Shown one piece after another: positions 50,640 through 63,285 of a stretch of DNA of 64,000 bases (positions are counted from its first letter, which is position 1; each line of letters begins with the position of its first letter). Location of the stretch: assembly GCA_013239625.1 (NCBI GenBank), contig MU054132.1, positions 744,001 to 808,000 on the forward strand, in the 5' to 3' direction. The notes under the pieces are model-generated. The model worked only from the letters and a program-made list of their open reading frames with translations, ran no database searches and was not told the DNA's origin. The DNA is from Lama guanicoe (lineage: Eukaryota). The position numbers and the translations under genes were made by a program.

Positions 50640-51715
50640 GATAAAATTAATCATGGGGACAATGGCTTTGGCCCAAAGTGACCTTTAAGATTTTTCCCTG
50701 TATTCAGAGTTACATTTTGGCTTTAGATGAGAACGTTTATTCTATAAAGGAAGAATTTTGTTGTTGTTGTTATTTTTAAATTAGAGAGTGAAGGAGAGAT
50801 CAGTATGGTGAGCCTTACCTATACTCTTTATCCATCTCCCATCACTCCCTCCATCTCCGATCCCTTGAGATGCCATCTTGTGGCCCCTCAGAAACCTTGG
50901 GCAAAAAGGACCTCACTTCTGGCTCCAGTTCTTCCTTCTCTCTCCACTGCCTCCTTCCTTTGGGCAAATAGAAAGTCTATCCAATTTTTTTAGTTTTCTG
51001 AGTGAACCTATAGTCACCCTGCGTGACTAGGTACCAATCCCTTCCTTTTACCGTCACGTTCCTACAAAGAATGTGGTTCCAAACTTGGCTCACAGCAGAA
51101 TCACCTGAGGAACTATTTAAAGTTAAACTGGAGTCTTCCTGAGCCCTACCCTAGGCCCACTGGACCAGTCTTCTCTCCAGAGAGGGCTGGGAGCTTGTCT
51201 TTTCACAGCCCCTACCATAAGGACGTAGACAGTGTCTTTGGGGGCACTGCTGTCACCCTCCTTACTCCCCATCCCTTCCCTACCCAACCTGTGTTTACAG
51301 GGGACTGACCCTCAGTAAGATCTGGACACTTCCGCCCCAAATAAGAGCCTTCAAAACTGACAAGCACTTAGCTAAGTGCCTCTGTGTCTTGCAGCACTGC
51401 CGAGAGTCCTCCGCTACAAGAGGTGAGCCACTGGAGTGTCTGTTGCCCCCCGTGAGTGGAATGAAGTGGCCAAGGTCTTATGGCTTCTCCAACAATCTAT
51501 AATGAAAACATAGAGAAAAGCTGAAAGAACATAACAGTTAACAAGTATATACTCTAGATTCTACAACTATCACTGTTTTGCTTAGTATTACATGTTTTTC
51601 TTAAAAAAACTCTATCCCTTTCTCCACCTATCAATCCATCTTATCTGTTACGCATTTCCAGGTAAACCACAGATACCTGATTTTAGTTTCTAAATATACT
51701 TCAGGTGGAACAGCC

Positions 51716-52172
51716 TGTTGACTGAAAAAATACACACAAACTGAAAGTTGAGAATTCTGGGGTTTTCGGGGACATTACTGAGGATGATAGCCCAGCCTTT
51801 CAGATAGCTCTGAGGAACTCTTCCAAAGAGGTAAGGAGAGAAGCCAGGATATATTGGAGTTTTTACTGGAAAAAAACAAAAACAAAACTGTGTAGTCAAA
51901 CATCAAGAGACTACTACCACTAATCGTAAAAACAGACATCTCAAGTATGGGAAATACAAGAGTCTGGAATCACTGAACTCATTCCTTTGATATGCATCTT
52001 AACCATCTAGGGCCAGTACCCTGTTTTTATCCATCCTGAATTTCCCTCAAGGTGCACCGTTGATGGGGCAGGAGGAGTGGCTGCAGTGGCTGATGGCTTG
52101 ATGGTGGGCAACATTCACTGTTTATTGAAATGATAGGCAGTTTTTTGTTTTGTTTTGTTTTGTTTGTCCACA
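51716..52172 (-). mobile_element. Solo ERV1-class LTR, 457 bp
   Basis: TGTTGAC...GTCCACA termini, TSD agcc / agct; orientation inferred from recalled similar LTRs. Confidence 0.7.
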
Positions 52173-53599
52173 AGCTCCATTTTGCCCTAACTAGCCAAAG
52201 CTCAGCCTTACTTCGGATTGCTCCCCTAGGTAAATTCAAAATTGAAACAAACTAAATGGAGCTTAAAGATCATCCAGAAGTGATAACAATTCCTAGAACT
52301 TGAGAATCCAGCCTGGGCCAAACATCTTGGCAATGTTCAAAAATAGGGGCTGGGTCTATTTCACAAATGAAGAAAACTTATTTGAGACAGGGGAGGAGAT
52401 TTCCCCAAGGTCACTCTGATAACTGACCAGGCAGGTGGCCACGGGACTCTGGGTTCCAGCCCACTGCCCAGCCGCCGCAGCCTCGTGGACACAGAGAAGG
52501 GTGTTTCACAGTGATAGAGCTCTGTCTTTGCAATCACTTGCACTAATGATCAAGCTCACCATGAATTAAGCATTAGTGATAACAGCTGGCAATGTGATAA
52601 AGCCGAAAGGGCTGCTTCAGGGCCAGATTCCTTGGATTTAAATTCTGCTTCTGACACGCAGCTGCAGCAGCTGCTCTGTGGCCAGGAAAATTTACCTCAG
52701 GGAACCCTGACTTAGGAGTCACGTTCCAGGAAAATGGACCTCTGTGGTTTTCAAAAAATTAAAGTGGTATGAACACATGTAAAATGCTTAGATTCCAATA
52801 AACTGTAGTCATTCTAATAATCATGATACAGTCACTGAAAATATTTAAAATCTCCAAGTTGTTCATTCAATGCCTTTATTACCCATCAAGTTCCCACCAT
52901 GTGTCAGAGACCAGGGATATAAGTTAATTCTCCGCACTAAACCAGTTGTCTTATTGCATACCTTTAAACAAAACCTTACAAGCAATTTGACAAGGCTATT
53001 ACAGAGGTCATAACAGCAGCCAATAATAATGACAAACTATTGATTGCTGGCTCCTTGCCAGAGACGGGCTTTACAATGTATTACCTTGTATGATCCTCAT
53101 GATGGCCTTTAGAGGCAGGTAAGATAAACCCCATTTTAGGGATGTAAAACCGAAGCAACCAGAGCTTTAACAACTTGCCGGAGGTCGTGACGAGGCAGCA
53201 TCAAACACCAGTCTGCCCAACTCAAAGCCCCTGAACTTCTGCCACTGAGTTTCCAAGTGCTCTGGGTGGAAGGGAGTTAGTTGGCAGGAAACCAAAAAGC
53301 AAGAATCACCCAGTGGATGTGTATAAGCAGGGCCACGGAAGGTAGGAGTTAGTGAGGGGAGAACAGCAGCAGTAGCCAATACTTAAACACGGACCAGGGC
53401 TGCCGTACGTGTCCTCATCACTTATTTCATCCTCACAACCCTCTAAACCCCATGAAACAGGCACCATTATCTCCCCCATTTCGTAGATGATGAAACTGAG
53501 GCCTAGAGAGGTTAAGTAACTTGAGTAAGGTCATTGCCTCCGAAAAGTTACCTTTACCAATGCAAGTCCTAACTCGGAATAACAAGCACTAAGAATTTC

Positions 53600-54900
53600 A
53601 AAATGTACAAAAGGCAGCAAGTTCTTTCAACACGGCTTATGAGGCGTATACTGCTCTAATGCTCGAACCTGACCAGGCTGACACAGATAAACAAAAAAAT
53701 TATAGGTCGTCTTAACTCACAAATAGAGACAACATGATATCACAATAATATAAATCTCAATAATAAATATTAATTCAAAAATCTTAGCAAGCCTAACAGC
53801 AGGTCATAGAAAATACAATTACCAGGAAGACAAGACCAAGATAGGAATCCAGGCTCACGCAACAGAGAAGTGTGACCATGTTCATCACATCCACAGGAAA
53901 AACAGTGCCATTACCTCAGTGAGGCTGAGAAGGTCTATAGAATTCAATGATCACTGGTTAAACTTTTAAGAAGGGGGGACAGGAAATTGAGGAGGAACAT
54001 TTCTTTGTCCTTTCCTTCTCCAAGGTTATTTTTTTAACTGACTTGATAATAGATACTTTTTAAATTAAGAATTACTATATACAATGCTTCCTATCCCCTT
54101 AAAAAAATAGAAACTAGACAACAAACACCTTCAAATCACCCTTAAAACAAATTTTAAAATGCAGGTTGAAATTATTCAAAAGAAAATAAGAGAGGTTGGT
54201 ATCCTTATTTTCAGATGTTAATAGTATCTAGAAAAAGGGAAAAAAAGAGAAACATATCTAAAGAATTCCAGAATCCCCCAAAATTACTAGAAGCTATATT
54301 TTAGAAAAACTGTAGGATAAGTTATAAATTTTAAAAAGTTAACTGCACTCCTATATATCAAAGACAAGGAAAACACAACAAAATCATGTAATTCCTTTTG
54401 CAATAACAAAGAGCACTTAATAAGAGAATATTACATTAATTTCATTATTTTAAAATGAAATTATACAACTACAATTTCTAAAATGGGAGAAAAAGTCCCT
54501 GAAGAATATTTTATACAGCTTGATAAAGAGCTTTTGAAATTCACCTGAATATAATATCCCTCCCCTACCTTCCCTTTTTTGTGAAAACTGGGAACTTTAG
54601 TACAAATAAGAGGTCCTCGGGATACAATATTCTTTTAAAAGACTCTTGATACAGACATACACTAACCTTTCAATGTCTACTAAAGACAAACTTCAGAGAG
54701 GCTCATTTTAATAACTTTACATATAAATAAATCAGAACTACAGAAAGAGAAAGGAACATTACTTTTCAATAAATTCTGTTGGGCTCTTTAGTTATCAGCA
54801 TGGAGACAAATCACAGCACTGTATCAAATTCTAAGTGAGCCAAAATTTTAAGTATATTTTAAAAATTAAAGTAGAAAAAAAAAAGGATAGCATCTTAATT
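53600..54900 (+). mobile_element. Highly degraded L1M ORF2 fragments
   Basis: A-rich text with remnants such as ttatgaggcgtatactgctctaatgctcgaacctgac and tttcaataaattctgttggg. Confidence 0.5.
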
Positions 54901-55619
54901 CCACTGAGAAAAAATATACATTTCTGAATTCTGAGGAACTAAGATACCATCAGAGACAAAACAGAACATTCCAAGGTCCTGTTCAAATAGCACTGCTGCC
55001 ATACAGTCTTCAATCTCCACTCCCTCAACTCAGGGAAAAAAAAAAAAAAGTGAGGTGAAATCACTGCTCTTTTCTGTGACCATCAGACTATCAGTCTCCC
55101 ACTACTTGAATCGTTTTTATGGCCCTCATCTTCTCCTCCACGGCATCACATCAGTTAGGTTCCTGTTTTCTGTGCCCCATTAGCTTACAGCAGGTGTCTT
55201 TAGCTTAATAACCCCTTATATGAAACAGGTATTCTACAAATAGTTCTTTAATGTATTTCTGAATATAAGGAAAAAAATGTTTCTGTAGACAGTATTTTTG
55301 TAGATGTAGAAATATTTTTACATTAAAATGACCATTTTACAATGATAAAATCTTACTTTCCAAAATATCACAAAGAATAAAAAATAAGTTGACACCAGAT
55401 TTTAATTGATAAATGACTAAGAGTGAGGAATAGATTCTATACACATGGGAAAATACAGAAAATTATACCCTCGCCAGTACCCCAGCATTGGTGGAGGAAA
55501 ACTATCGATCACTGTTGACTGGCTTCATCATTCTGAAGAACCACCTGATGACATATGAGGGCCAGTCCCTGCTTTCATTCAGAAATTCCACTTCAGGGAG
55601 TACACTCTAAACTGTCATA

Positions 55620-55845
55620 GCTCCTTACAGGCCTCCTCCCTGCTTTATTTATAGCACTTATCAAGGTCTAACTCTACAATCTCTTAATTCTCAGTTCTGG
55701 TGACTGTCTGTCTCTGTCTCCTCCACTGGAATGTCAGCTCCAGAAGGGCAGGGCCCTATCTTGTCACTGTCATAGCCTCAGGGCCGAGAGCGGCCTGCCA
55801 CATAGAAGGCCTCAGCATTTGTTGAGTGCAGGAATGAATGAAAGT
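55620..55845 (+). mobile_element. L2 3' end
   Basis: ccactggaatgtcagctccagaagggcaggg...catttgttgagtgcaggaatgaatgaa. Confidence 0.7.
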
Positions 55846-57393
55846 TCTAAGGAAACAAGTATTTTCCCCCATCCCCAAAAAGGTACAGTATATAAAATTC
55901 ATCACAGCGTAATTTATAATTACAAAAACTGGAACCTATATGCCCAGAGAATAGCTAAGCAAATTAGACTATAATGACCTATAAAATGCTAAATAGCCAT
56001 TAAACATTAAAAATTTAGTGAAAACACTTATAAATCAAGAGAAGAATATATCAGCAACAATTGGTATCGTGTAAGAAGTGTTCCGTGGTGCCTCACCCAT
56101 TCAGAACTGTAACTTACACGAAGCTGGTATAAACACTGCAGTACTAATAAAAGAATGACGAGATCCTTTAATAACTACTTTCTTAAATTACTTACACTCA
56201 TGATTTTCAAACATTCTATCAGGTCTGCAATATTTTGAGAAGAAAAGCAGCTACTGTTTCAGTGGATAACTGACCCAAAAGTCGGTATGAGTTGAAGGGA
56301 GAGGTGATAACTGTTCAGTTTACAAAGACTAAAAAGTGTAAAAAAAGGTTAAAATCAAACAATAGATATGAAACTTCCTTTTTCCCTTAAAGCAGTGTTA
56401 TTTTTTCATTTTATTTATTTTCAAAATCAAATTCTTTGTAGTACAAAGCACATATAATAAAACGTACCCATCCTAAGAGAATACTGAGTGACCTTGACTG
56501 AGGGGCTGAGTGTGGCAAGCTGGCATCTGCAGGATGCTGGGGCAAGAGGTCACCGCCTTCAGTCTTCACTGGTGAGGGAGACACTGGCTACACCCCAAGG
56601 CCCAGTCCTGCCTGGCAGCAGGAACATTCCTTATCCCTCTCACCAAGGCCATGCACACCTGTGCCCTACATGGGGCCTCGTGGCCAAGGCCAGGAGGCCA
56701 GGCCCTCGATGGCTTGATCTCATCGGCACAGGGGCAGGTACGACAGAAACTGGAGGAGCCGACCTATGAACTGGGCAGGGAGCCTGCCTCTGGTTTCCAT
56801 GACAGTCAGTCAGCAAGTGTGGACTTTAGAGTCAGGCCTCCATTACCTGCAGCCTTCCCTACAGCCTTGAGCGTGCTTCCAAACCTCTCGAAGCCTGTTT
56901 CCTCACTGGACTGAAGGGGAAACTATCTTTGGATGAAGGTGAAAATTAAGTGAGACAATCCACGGGAAGCCATGAGGTGGGAACTCACTTTATGCCAGCC
57001 ACGATTGTCCTAGCTGTTACCCTGGACACATGCCATCCAGGACTGCCTCCTGGTGGGAACATTCATACCTACTTTGGCTCTAAAAGGTATGAGAACCAAA
57101 AATGGGCAGTTAGGGCTAAAGCGTGTTTATAAGGAAGGCTCAAAAGGACCCCTTTCAGCCAGTTTAACATGCAGCATCTCTCTCAGCTGAGGCAGTGTTG
57201 CAGATTCCTCGTACATTTTCTGAGCAGGGCCCAGGGGGAGTGAAGGCACACCATTGCCACACCATTCCACCAGCCCTAGGTCACAGTGGAGCTGCCAGCC
57301 TGCTACAAAGGTGTAAAGATCCACTCCTGCTCAGTTGCTTTATCTTTCACTCCAAAAATAGTCCAAAGTGGCTGCAGCTGCCTCTAAATCAGG

Positions 57394-57522
57394 TCACAGA
57401 ACAGCAGGAGACATTCCTTTGGCAAAAAAGGACACGCTCTTGTCCTGTATCTTGTACTGGTAAGTGAGGCTCCGATCTCGTGGGGCTGTGGGCTGTGAAG
57501 GTCTCCTCCACAGGATCTTCAG
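57394..57522 (-). CDS. ELP6: ELP6 last exon (exon 7) coding part (LKILWRRPSQPTAPRDRSLTYQYKIQDKSVSFFAKGMSPAVL*)
   Basis: Matches recalled ELP6 C-terminus; acceptor ctctgacgctgcag|CTG; TGA at 57396-57394. Confidence 0.96.
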   Translation of the reverse strand: MKILWRRPSQPTAPRDRSLTYQYKIQDKSVSFFAKGMSPAVL

Positions 57523-58116
57523 CTGCAGCGTCAGAGAGAAGAATGAAAGCGGAGGCCCCCCAAGTCCCTGCCCCATCGGGAACCTGACCTTTCCTTGAGG
57601 GCTCCATGAGATCACAGTCACATGTGCCATGCGGTCATGGGACCGACTTCCAAACTAAAGCTCATTACCAGCTACCTAAAAATAAAGATTTCCCCTCCAT
57701 CATAACAGTCATAGTCGCTCATTACAGAAAACATGAAAGACTAAAAAAAACTGAGAGGTAGAAAAGAGTCATCCGGAGAAACACCATTAGAGTATTGTCA
57801 CGTATTTCCCCAAAGCCGCTGTGCTCCTGCAGAGGAACTCCACCATATTTAGTAGCAGGGCCCCCACCTTCCACTGCAGACAGCTGTCTCCTCTCCAGGA
57901 GCTGTGCTCTGGCCAAGAATGGACCACCGCGGAAAACCTGCCCTGATGCATGGGCCGAGCACCATCTGGGGCAGACACCGGCTCGTATTCACACAACTTC
58001 CGAGGCCTCCCAACAGAGGGCAGGACCAACCAGACCACCCTATGACCCGACAGCACCCTACTCAGGGAAGGCAGCAGCTACTGCCCAGCGAGTGCCTGCC
58101 CCCAGCCCCTACACAC

Positions 58117-58263
58117 CTGCCCATGCACGTCCTTGCAGAAGCCGGTGGCCAGGCCCTCAGCCCGCAGGATCAGGTGGCTCTGGTGACTAAGGCCATTCAG
58201 CAGGATGTCATTCTCCTCGTCCTCAGCGTCTCCACTGTCATGCACAAGGGCCACAATGTTTCC
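58117..58263 (-). CDS. ELP6: ELP6 exon 6, 147 bp (GNIVALVHDSGDAEDEENDILLNGLSHQSHLILRAEGLATGFCKDVHGQ)
   Basis: Peptide match; tgttgcag|GGA and CAG|gtgtgt; phase 0/0. Confidence 0.97.
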
Positions 58264-59585
58264 CTGCAACAGAGACCAAGAGGGAGAACTGCTCTGACCC
58301 GGAAGGGATGCCAGAATCAGGGAGCACTGGGTGCCCTGCACACCCTCTCACAGCAACCCCTCCATGGGAAGGACCCGCCTGGGCTCCAGGACCATAACTG
58401 CAATCATGCACTGGACAGTTTCACCAGCACATCCCACCAGTGCTCAGTTCATCTGCAACGGAGGAATGGTGTCCCATTGTTAAAAGGAATAAAACAGATC
58501 TGTGTTCTCGGGCAACGGACACCAAAACACACTGTGTGTCATTAAAGGAAAAGAAGTACCGAGCTGTGTGGATGGCAGGTTACCAGCAACGTGAAGAAAA
58601 CTGCAGGGAGACAAGTGTACATAAACTGAAGACTCTCTGGAAGGACATGCCATGGACGGAGGGAGACAAACAATTATTTTTTGCAGAAGTAGCCTTTATA
58701 CTGTTTATTTCTGGTCCTTTTTTTAAAAACTATTCCCAAGTTTTACTTTTTCAACTAAAAGAAGTATTTTTACAAAAAGTGGGTGGCAGTGGGTCACAGA
58801 GCAGGCTGAGCTGCAGAAGCTGACTCTAACTCTCTCACTCCCTCCGGAGCCCCCATGAGCTGTGTCCTTAGGCCCCTCATGTTTCCTCCTCCTTCCATTC
58901 TCTCCACATCAACCTGCTGCCTGGCCCTGTGACTGTAGCCAGGACGGACTCCGAAGGCCCCTTAAACCCAGCTTCCAGGCAGGACCCTGTACACAGGAGG
59001 TGCTCAACACGCACTGCAGGACCTACACACCCCCGGCCAACTTATTTACCTCCCCTCCCCACTGCTCTGCGCCCCGCCTGAGCTGGCGTGGCGTGAGCCT
59101 TACCTCACCCAACCCTTGCAGTCAGCTAGCTGGAAGGCAGGCACCACCGCCATTCCTATTTTGTTAAAATCTCTATCATGGCAAAAATCTCTATTTTTGC
59201 CACAAAATTTGACAGTAAAGGTTACATACATTCTATCCCTGTATCACATCAATTTTTAAAGCTGTATTAAACCGACTATCTCAACCGATCTTCAAAACAC
59301 GCTCAAAGCAATAATGACGTGTGGCAGAGCTGGGACCACTGCAGTACCGCAAGTGACCGCCCCGTTAAAGACGGTGCCAGGGATCCCTTTAGTTTTGGAG
59401 GGCTTTATTTTTCAGCAACAGCAGTAGAGAGCAGAGTGCACAGACTGAAAGATTTCTGGGACTCTTAGAGTAAAGCCAAAGCCCAAGGAATTAAACAGAA
59501 AAGATCACTGCAAGCAAGCGAGGTCGGGAGCTGCCTGGGCCCACAGAGGTCACAGGCAGAGCATGGGGAGCAGGCCCACCGTTAC

Positions 59586-59787
59586 CTTCCGTTCCCAGCA
59601 CACGGTGGCTCTGCAGTAGTGGATGAAGTCCAGCACCGCCACGGCCCCCACGCCCAGGCTCAGCAGCACACTGAGGTCGTCCACCAGCAGCACCGGGCAC
59701 CTCCAGGCAGCCTCCTCCTCGTCCGTGGGCTTCAGGGCCTCCTGCACAAACTCATACAGAGGCTGCAGGTTCCTGGTGTTGGCCTCC
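59586..59787 (-). CDS. ELP6: ELP6 exon 5, 202 bp (R-EANTRNLQPLYEFVQEALK...PVLLVDDLSVLLSLG...CRATVCWERK)
   Basis: Peptide match; tgtgtcccag|GGAG and AAG|gtaacg; phase 2/0. Confidence 0.97.
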
Positions 59788-60659
59788 CTGGGACACAGGG
59801 CAAAGTCAAGAGAGAGCCCAGTCTCTCTACTAATGTCTATGAGACTGAGCAGCACAAGAGAGAAGGGTTCGGGGGAGAAGGGGAACCTGCTCACAGTCCT
59901 TGACACCAAGGGACTGACGACATGGCTGGGAAGAACAGGTGTGCGTGCACACGAGTACGTTTACTTCAGTCAAACACGCCCTGAGGCTACTAGGTACAAA
60001 GCACTGTGCTGGAAACCGGGGGACACAAACATAAACAGCCCCCAGGGGCTCCTGATCCAACAGCTTAAGCATCTGGAAGATTCACTGGGACTGGGCAGGC
60101 AGGAAAGGCCTTCCTATGAGGCCATAATTGGACATGAAAAGCTAAACATCAGCTAGGGTGTCCTGGTGGTGAGGGGCAGCAGTGTAAGGGCTGCTTACGT
60201 ACACAGCAGGTCCGACCTGGTTCTCACACTGCTGGTTCCCCCACCTCCATCTTCCAGCAACAGGCTGGGGCTCAAAAAGAATCGAGGCCCAGAGGCCAGG
60301 CACCTGCCACACTACCCCACGGCTGAGCCCCGCTAAAAGCAGAGACAACACCCCCCCACAACCTCGCCTCAGGTGTAACAGGCCCATCACTGAGACAAAG
60401 ACACCTTGGTTCAGAGATGAAAAGGGCTGTGCGCAAGGCCACACATGCAGGGTCAGGGCATGTGGTCTTCTGACGCCACACTGCACCCCAGCTGCTGCAG
60501 AAGGCTGAGCTGGAGGGAAGGCACAGCGGGGCGAGTTCCTGCACGGACTCCTTTGTGGTGCAGGACGGAGAGCAGCCAGGCGGGGCATGAGCACAGAGCT
60601 GTCTGTGGCTGACACTCATAAAGGATAAGAGGCAGGAAAGCCAATCTCAGAATATCAAC

Positions 60660-60880
60660 CTGCAGTCAGCAAACTTTTTCTTAAAAGGCCAATAGTGAAT
60701 ATGTCCGGCCTGTGGGTCATATGGTCTCTGCCTCAACCCTCAGCTCTGCTGCTGTGCAGCCAAGCAGCCAGGGACAGTCTGAGAACACACGAGTGTGGCT
60801 ACTCCAACAAAACTTGATCTACCAAAAAAAGTAGCTGGCGCTTGCTCATAGTCTGTGAGTCCTCGATCAAGCCAAGAACA
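60660..60880 (-). mobile_element. MER58A-like element
   Basis: cagtcagcaaactttttcttaaaaggccaatagtgaatatg...gagtgtggctactccaacaaaactt. Confidence 0.7.
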
Positions 60881-61176
60881 GAACAAAGGTGTGTGCTAAG
60901 GCTCTGAGCCAGGGTTGGAAAAACCAGCAGAGCACAGTGTTCTGCCACACACCCAGCAAAGAACGCTTTCTGTAGTTTTGGGGACAGCCGCACATCCTCT
61001 AGCCCAAGGTCAGAGCTGAGGGCTTTCTGATGATGCTGTGACACCAGGGAAGTGTCTAACCCAGGAAGCCAGCTCTGTCCCCTACACACTAGGGAGAGGG
61101 GATCACACCACAAACCTGTTCCGGGCCCACCCGCCAGGTGTGCCCTGCTGGGCCAGCTGGCCGCAGGCTGACTAAC

Positions 61177-61295
61177 CTGAGGAACTGCAGGGGGTGTGGC
61201 TCCTCCTGAGGCCGGAAGAAGATGTCCACTGCGGACTTGAGACCCTCGAGGAACACAAGCTGCCTGCGCTCCCGCGCTGCGGTCAGGCTGACACC
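61177..61295 (-). CDS. ELP6: ELP6 exon 4, 119 bp (GVSLTAARERRQLVFLEGLKSAVDIFFRPQEEPHPLQFL-R)
   Basis: Manual translation; gtcgtgtttag|GGT and CTCAG|gttagt; phase 0/2. Confidence 0.95.
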
Positions 61296-61669
61296 CTAAA
61301 CACGACAGAGAGGAGGGGGGTTCCTGCACCTCACAGGGAACCCACCTCCAGCTCACAAGAGGGCATAAGACACATTCCAAACCCTACAGGTGTGTGCCTG
61401 TTCACACCACATGGTGGCCCATGTCCTCTCTCCCCCAGGTGATCCCACCCCACCATCCTTATTCTGTTTTCAGACGTGCCTTTACATTTACTTGTCACAT
61501 TTTTGTAAAACTTACATTGTTTTGCCTATATATTTAGTTTTGTGATTACCCAGTACTGCTTTTCAGTTTACAATAGTATTATGAAGTTTCCTTTTTAAGA
61601 GCGTGTATCTACAAAACGAAGTACCTTTCAAAACAGTAAGTAAACAGTAACAATGAGTAGGGGCAGGAT

Positions 61670-62005
61670 GCCAGTCTCTGCTGCAGCTCTGCTATTGCAG
61701 AGCGGAAGCAGCCACAGACCACTTGTAAACACACGGGGTGGCTGTGTTCCAATAGAATTTTATTTACATAAAACAAGGGGTGCAGGTTGTAGTTGGTCAA
61801 CCCCTGCCCTGGACCAGCACTTCTTAAATATGGGTCTTCAGAAGCCATGCAATTAAGAATCTCTTGAGATAACGGATTAAAATGAAGATCCCTGAGCCCC
61901 ACTCCAGATCTCCAGAATCAGAAGCCTTGGTGGCAGGGCCCAAGACTCTGCATTCCAACACACACCCAGAGACAGTGACGCTAATCTAAATATGCAAACC
62001 ATTGT
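61670..62005. mobile_element. Adjacent MER58A-like and MER5-like fragments
   Basis: gtggctgtgttccaatagaattttatttacataaaacaagg then ccactccagatctccagaatcagaa...ctctgcatt. Confidence 0.65.
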
Positions 62006-63214
62006 TCTACCTGTGCAGAAACAGGTGACACGGAACTCCTTAAGACTCCAGGTCCCCAGATCAGGTCTCGTTCGCTCATTCACACACCAGTGTTCACTAT
62101 GCAACACCACTAGCAACAGAGCGGCTCCGGCCGGGAGAAGGACTCCTCGTTGTCACCTGTGCTCTTACTCATAACCATTCTATTGATGTAAGAACAATAA
62201 TACACCAACAGTACGGAAGCTCACATTCTAGTATTTTGCACGCCCAGTGCTGTGCGTGCCATTCCTGCTATGTTGATGATGATTCAAAGGTAACAGAAAA
62301 AGCAGCCAATCTGGACATGAGACTGCAGAGTGAAGCTTTCTCATCCATAAACACAGACACTAGGGCCACAGAGACATGCTGCACAGATCTGAAATGCAAC
62401 CTGTGTTCCTGACATGACTGCTCTCAGGAGCTCATGCTCTGATCTTTAACACAGGAGCCTCTCCTTTCTCTGCAAAGGATGAGCCTACCCTTCTCTGGCC
62501 CTCTCATTGGTTTGTCCCCATCAGAAAAGGCAGTGACTTGGCCCAACAGTAAGACTGGCATTTAAAAGATCCCTGCTGATGGGTAGCCCGGTTCTCTCCC
62601 TCTCTGGGCTGGCCTGATGAAAACAAAAAACAAATACACACAACGACAACCACCCAGTAAATCCACCTAATCACAGGTCACAAGTAATGGCCCAGGTGAG
62701 GTCAGGAGGTTCTCCAGCCTCTTGGCCATCTTATCCTTGTCTGCCTGCATCTAATGAGATAAAGGACAAACCAAGATGAAGTGAGGGGCAGGTGACAAAA
62801 AGCATCTCTTCCCACATTTGGGTCCTCAGCCCTAGACTTAGGGAGAGAGAGTGGGAGGCGCTCAACTTAGCAGCAGACCAAATTGTGATCTCTAACACAC
62901 TAGGATTAAAGATTAAACACACAAGATTTAAGCTCACACTGAGGAGAAAACCTTAACTGGTCCAGACTCAGTAGAGAAGGGTTTGATTAATTAACAATAG
63001 ATCTGGTTCTACAAACTTTATAAATTCAAAAAACACGCAGAGATGCTGCCTTCACCCTTCAGATAAGGGGTTCAGAAACTCAGGATTTCCTTAGTTCCTC
63101 GCTTGCTAAGTTCTCTAAAACTCAAACAGGGAAGTTCAGCCTTAGACCACACTCACACAAGCCTACTAAACACACACAGTCAGGGATCTCATCCCAGAGG
63201 CCTGGAATATTTAC

Positions 63215-63285
63215 CAGCTTCTGTCCCACGATATTGTAGTGACTGAAGGACTGGATGAGTGCCACAAAGCAGACTTTACAATAAG
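63215..63285 (-). CDS. ELP6: ELP6 exon 3, 71 bp (A-YCKVCFVALIQSFSHYNIVGQKL)
   Basis: Manual translation; ttttgttttccag|CT and CTG|gtaaat; phase 1/0. Confidence 0.95.

Noticed and set aside
22500..58117. ELP6-SCAP read-through fusion protein via SCAP exon 2
   Set aside because: Splicing ELP6 exon 6 to SCAP exon 2 meets TGA after 31 codons, and the SCAP frame has a stop 12 nt upstream of its ATG; no evidence of read-through
57904..60156. Plus-strand ORFs of 213 aa (57904) and 177 aa (59623)
   Set aside because: Antisense shadows of GC-rich ELP6 exons with no independent support
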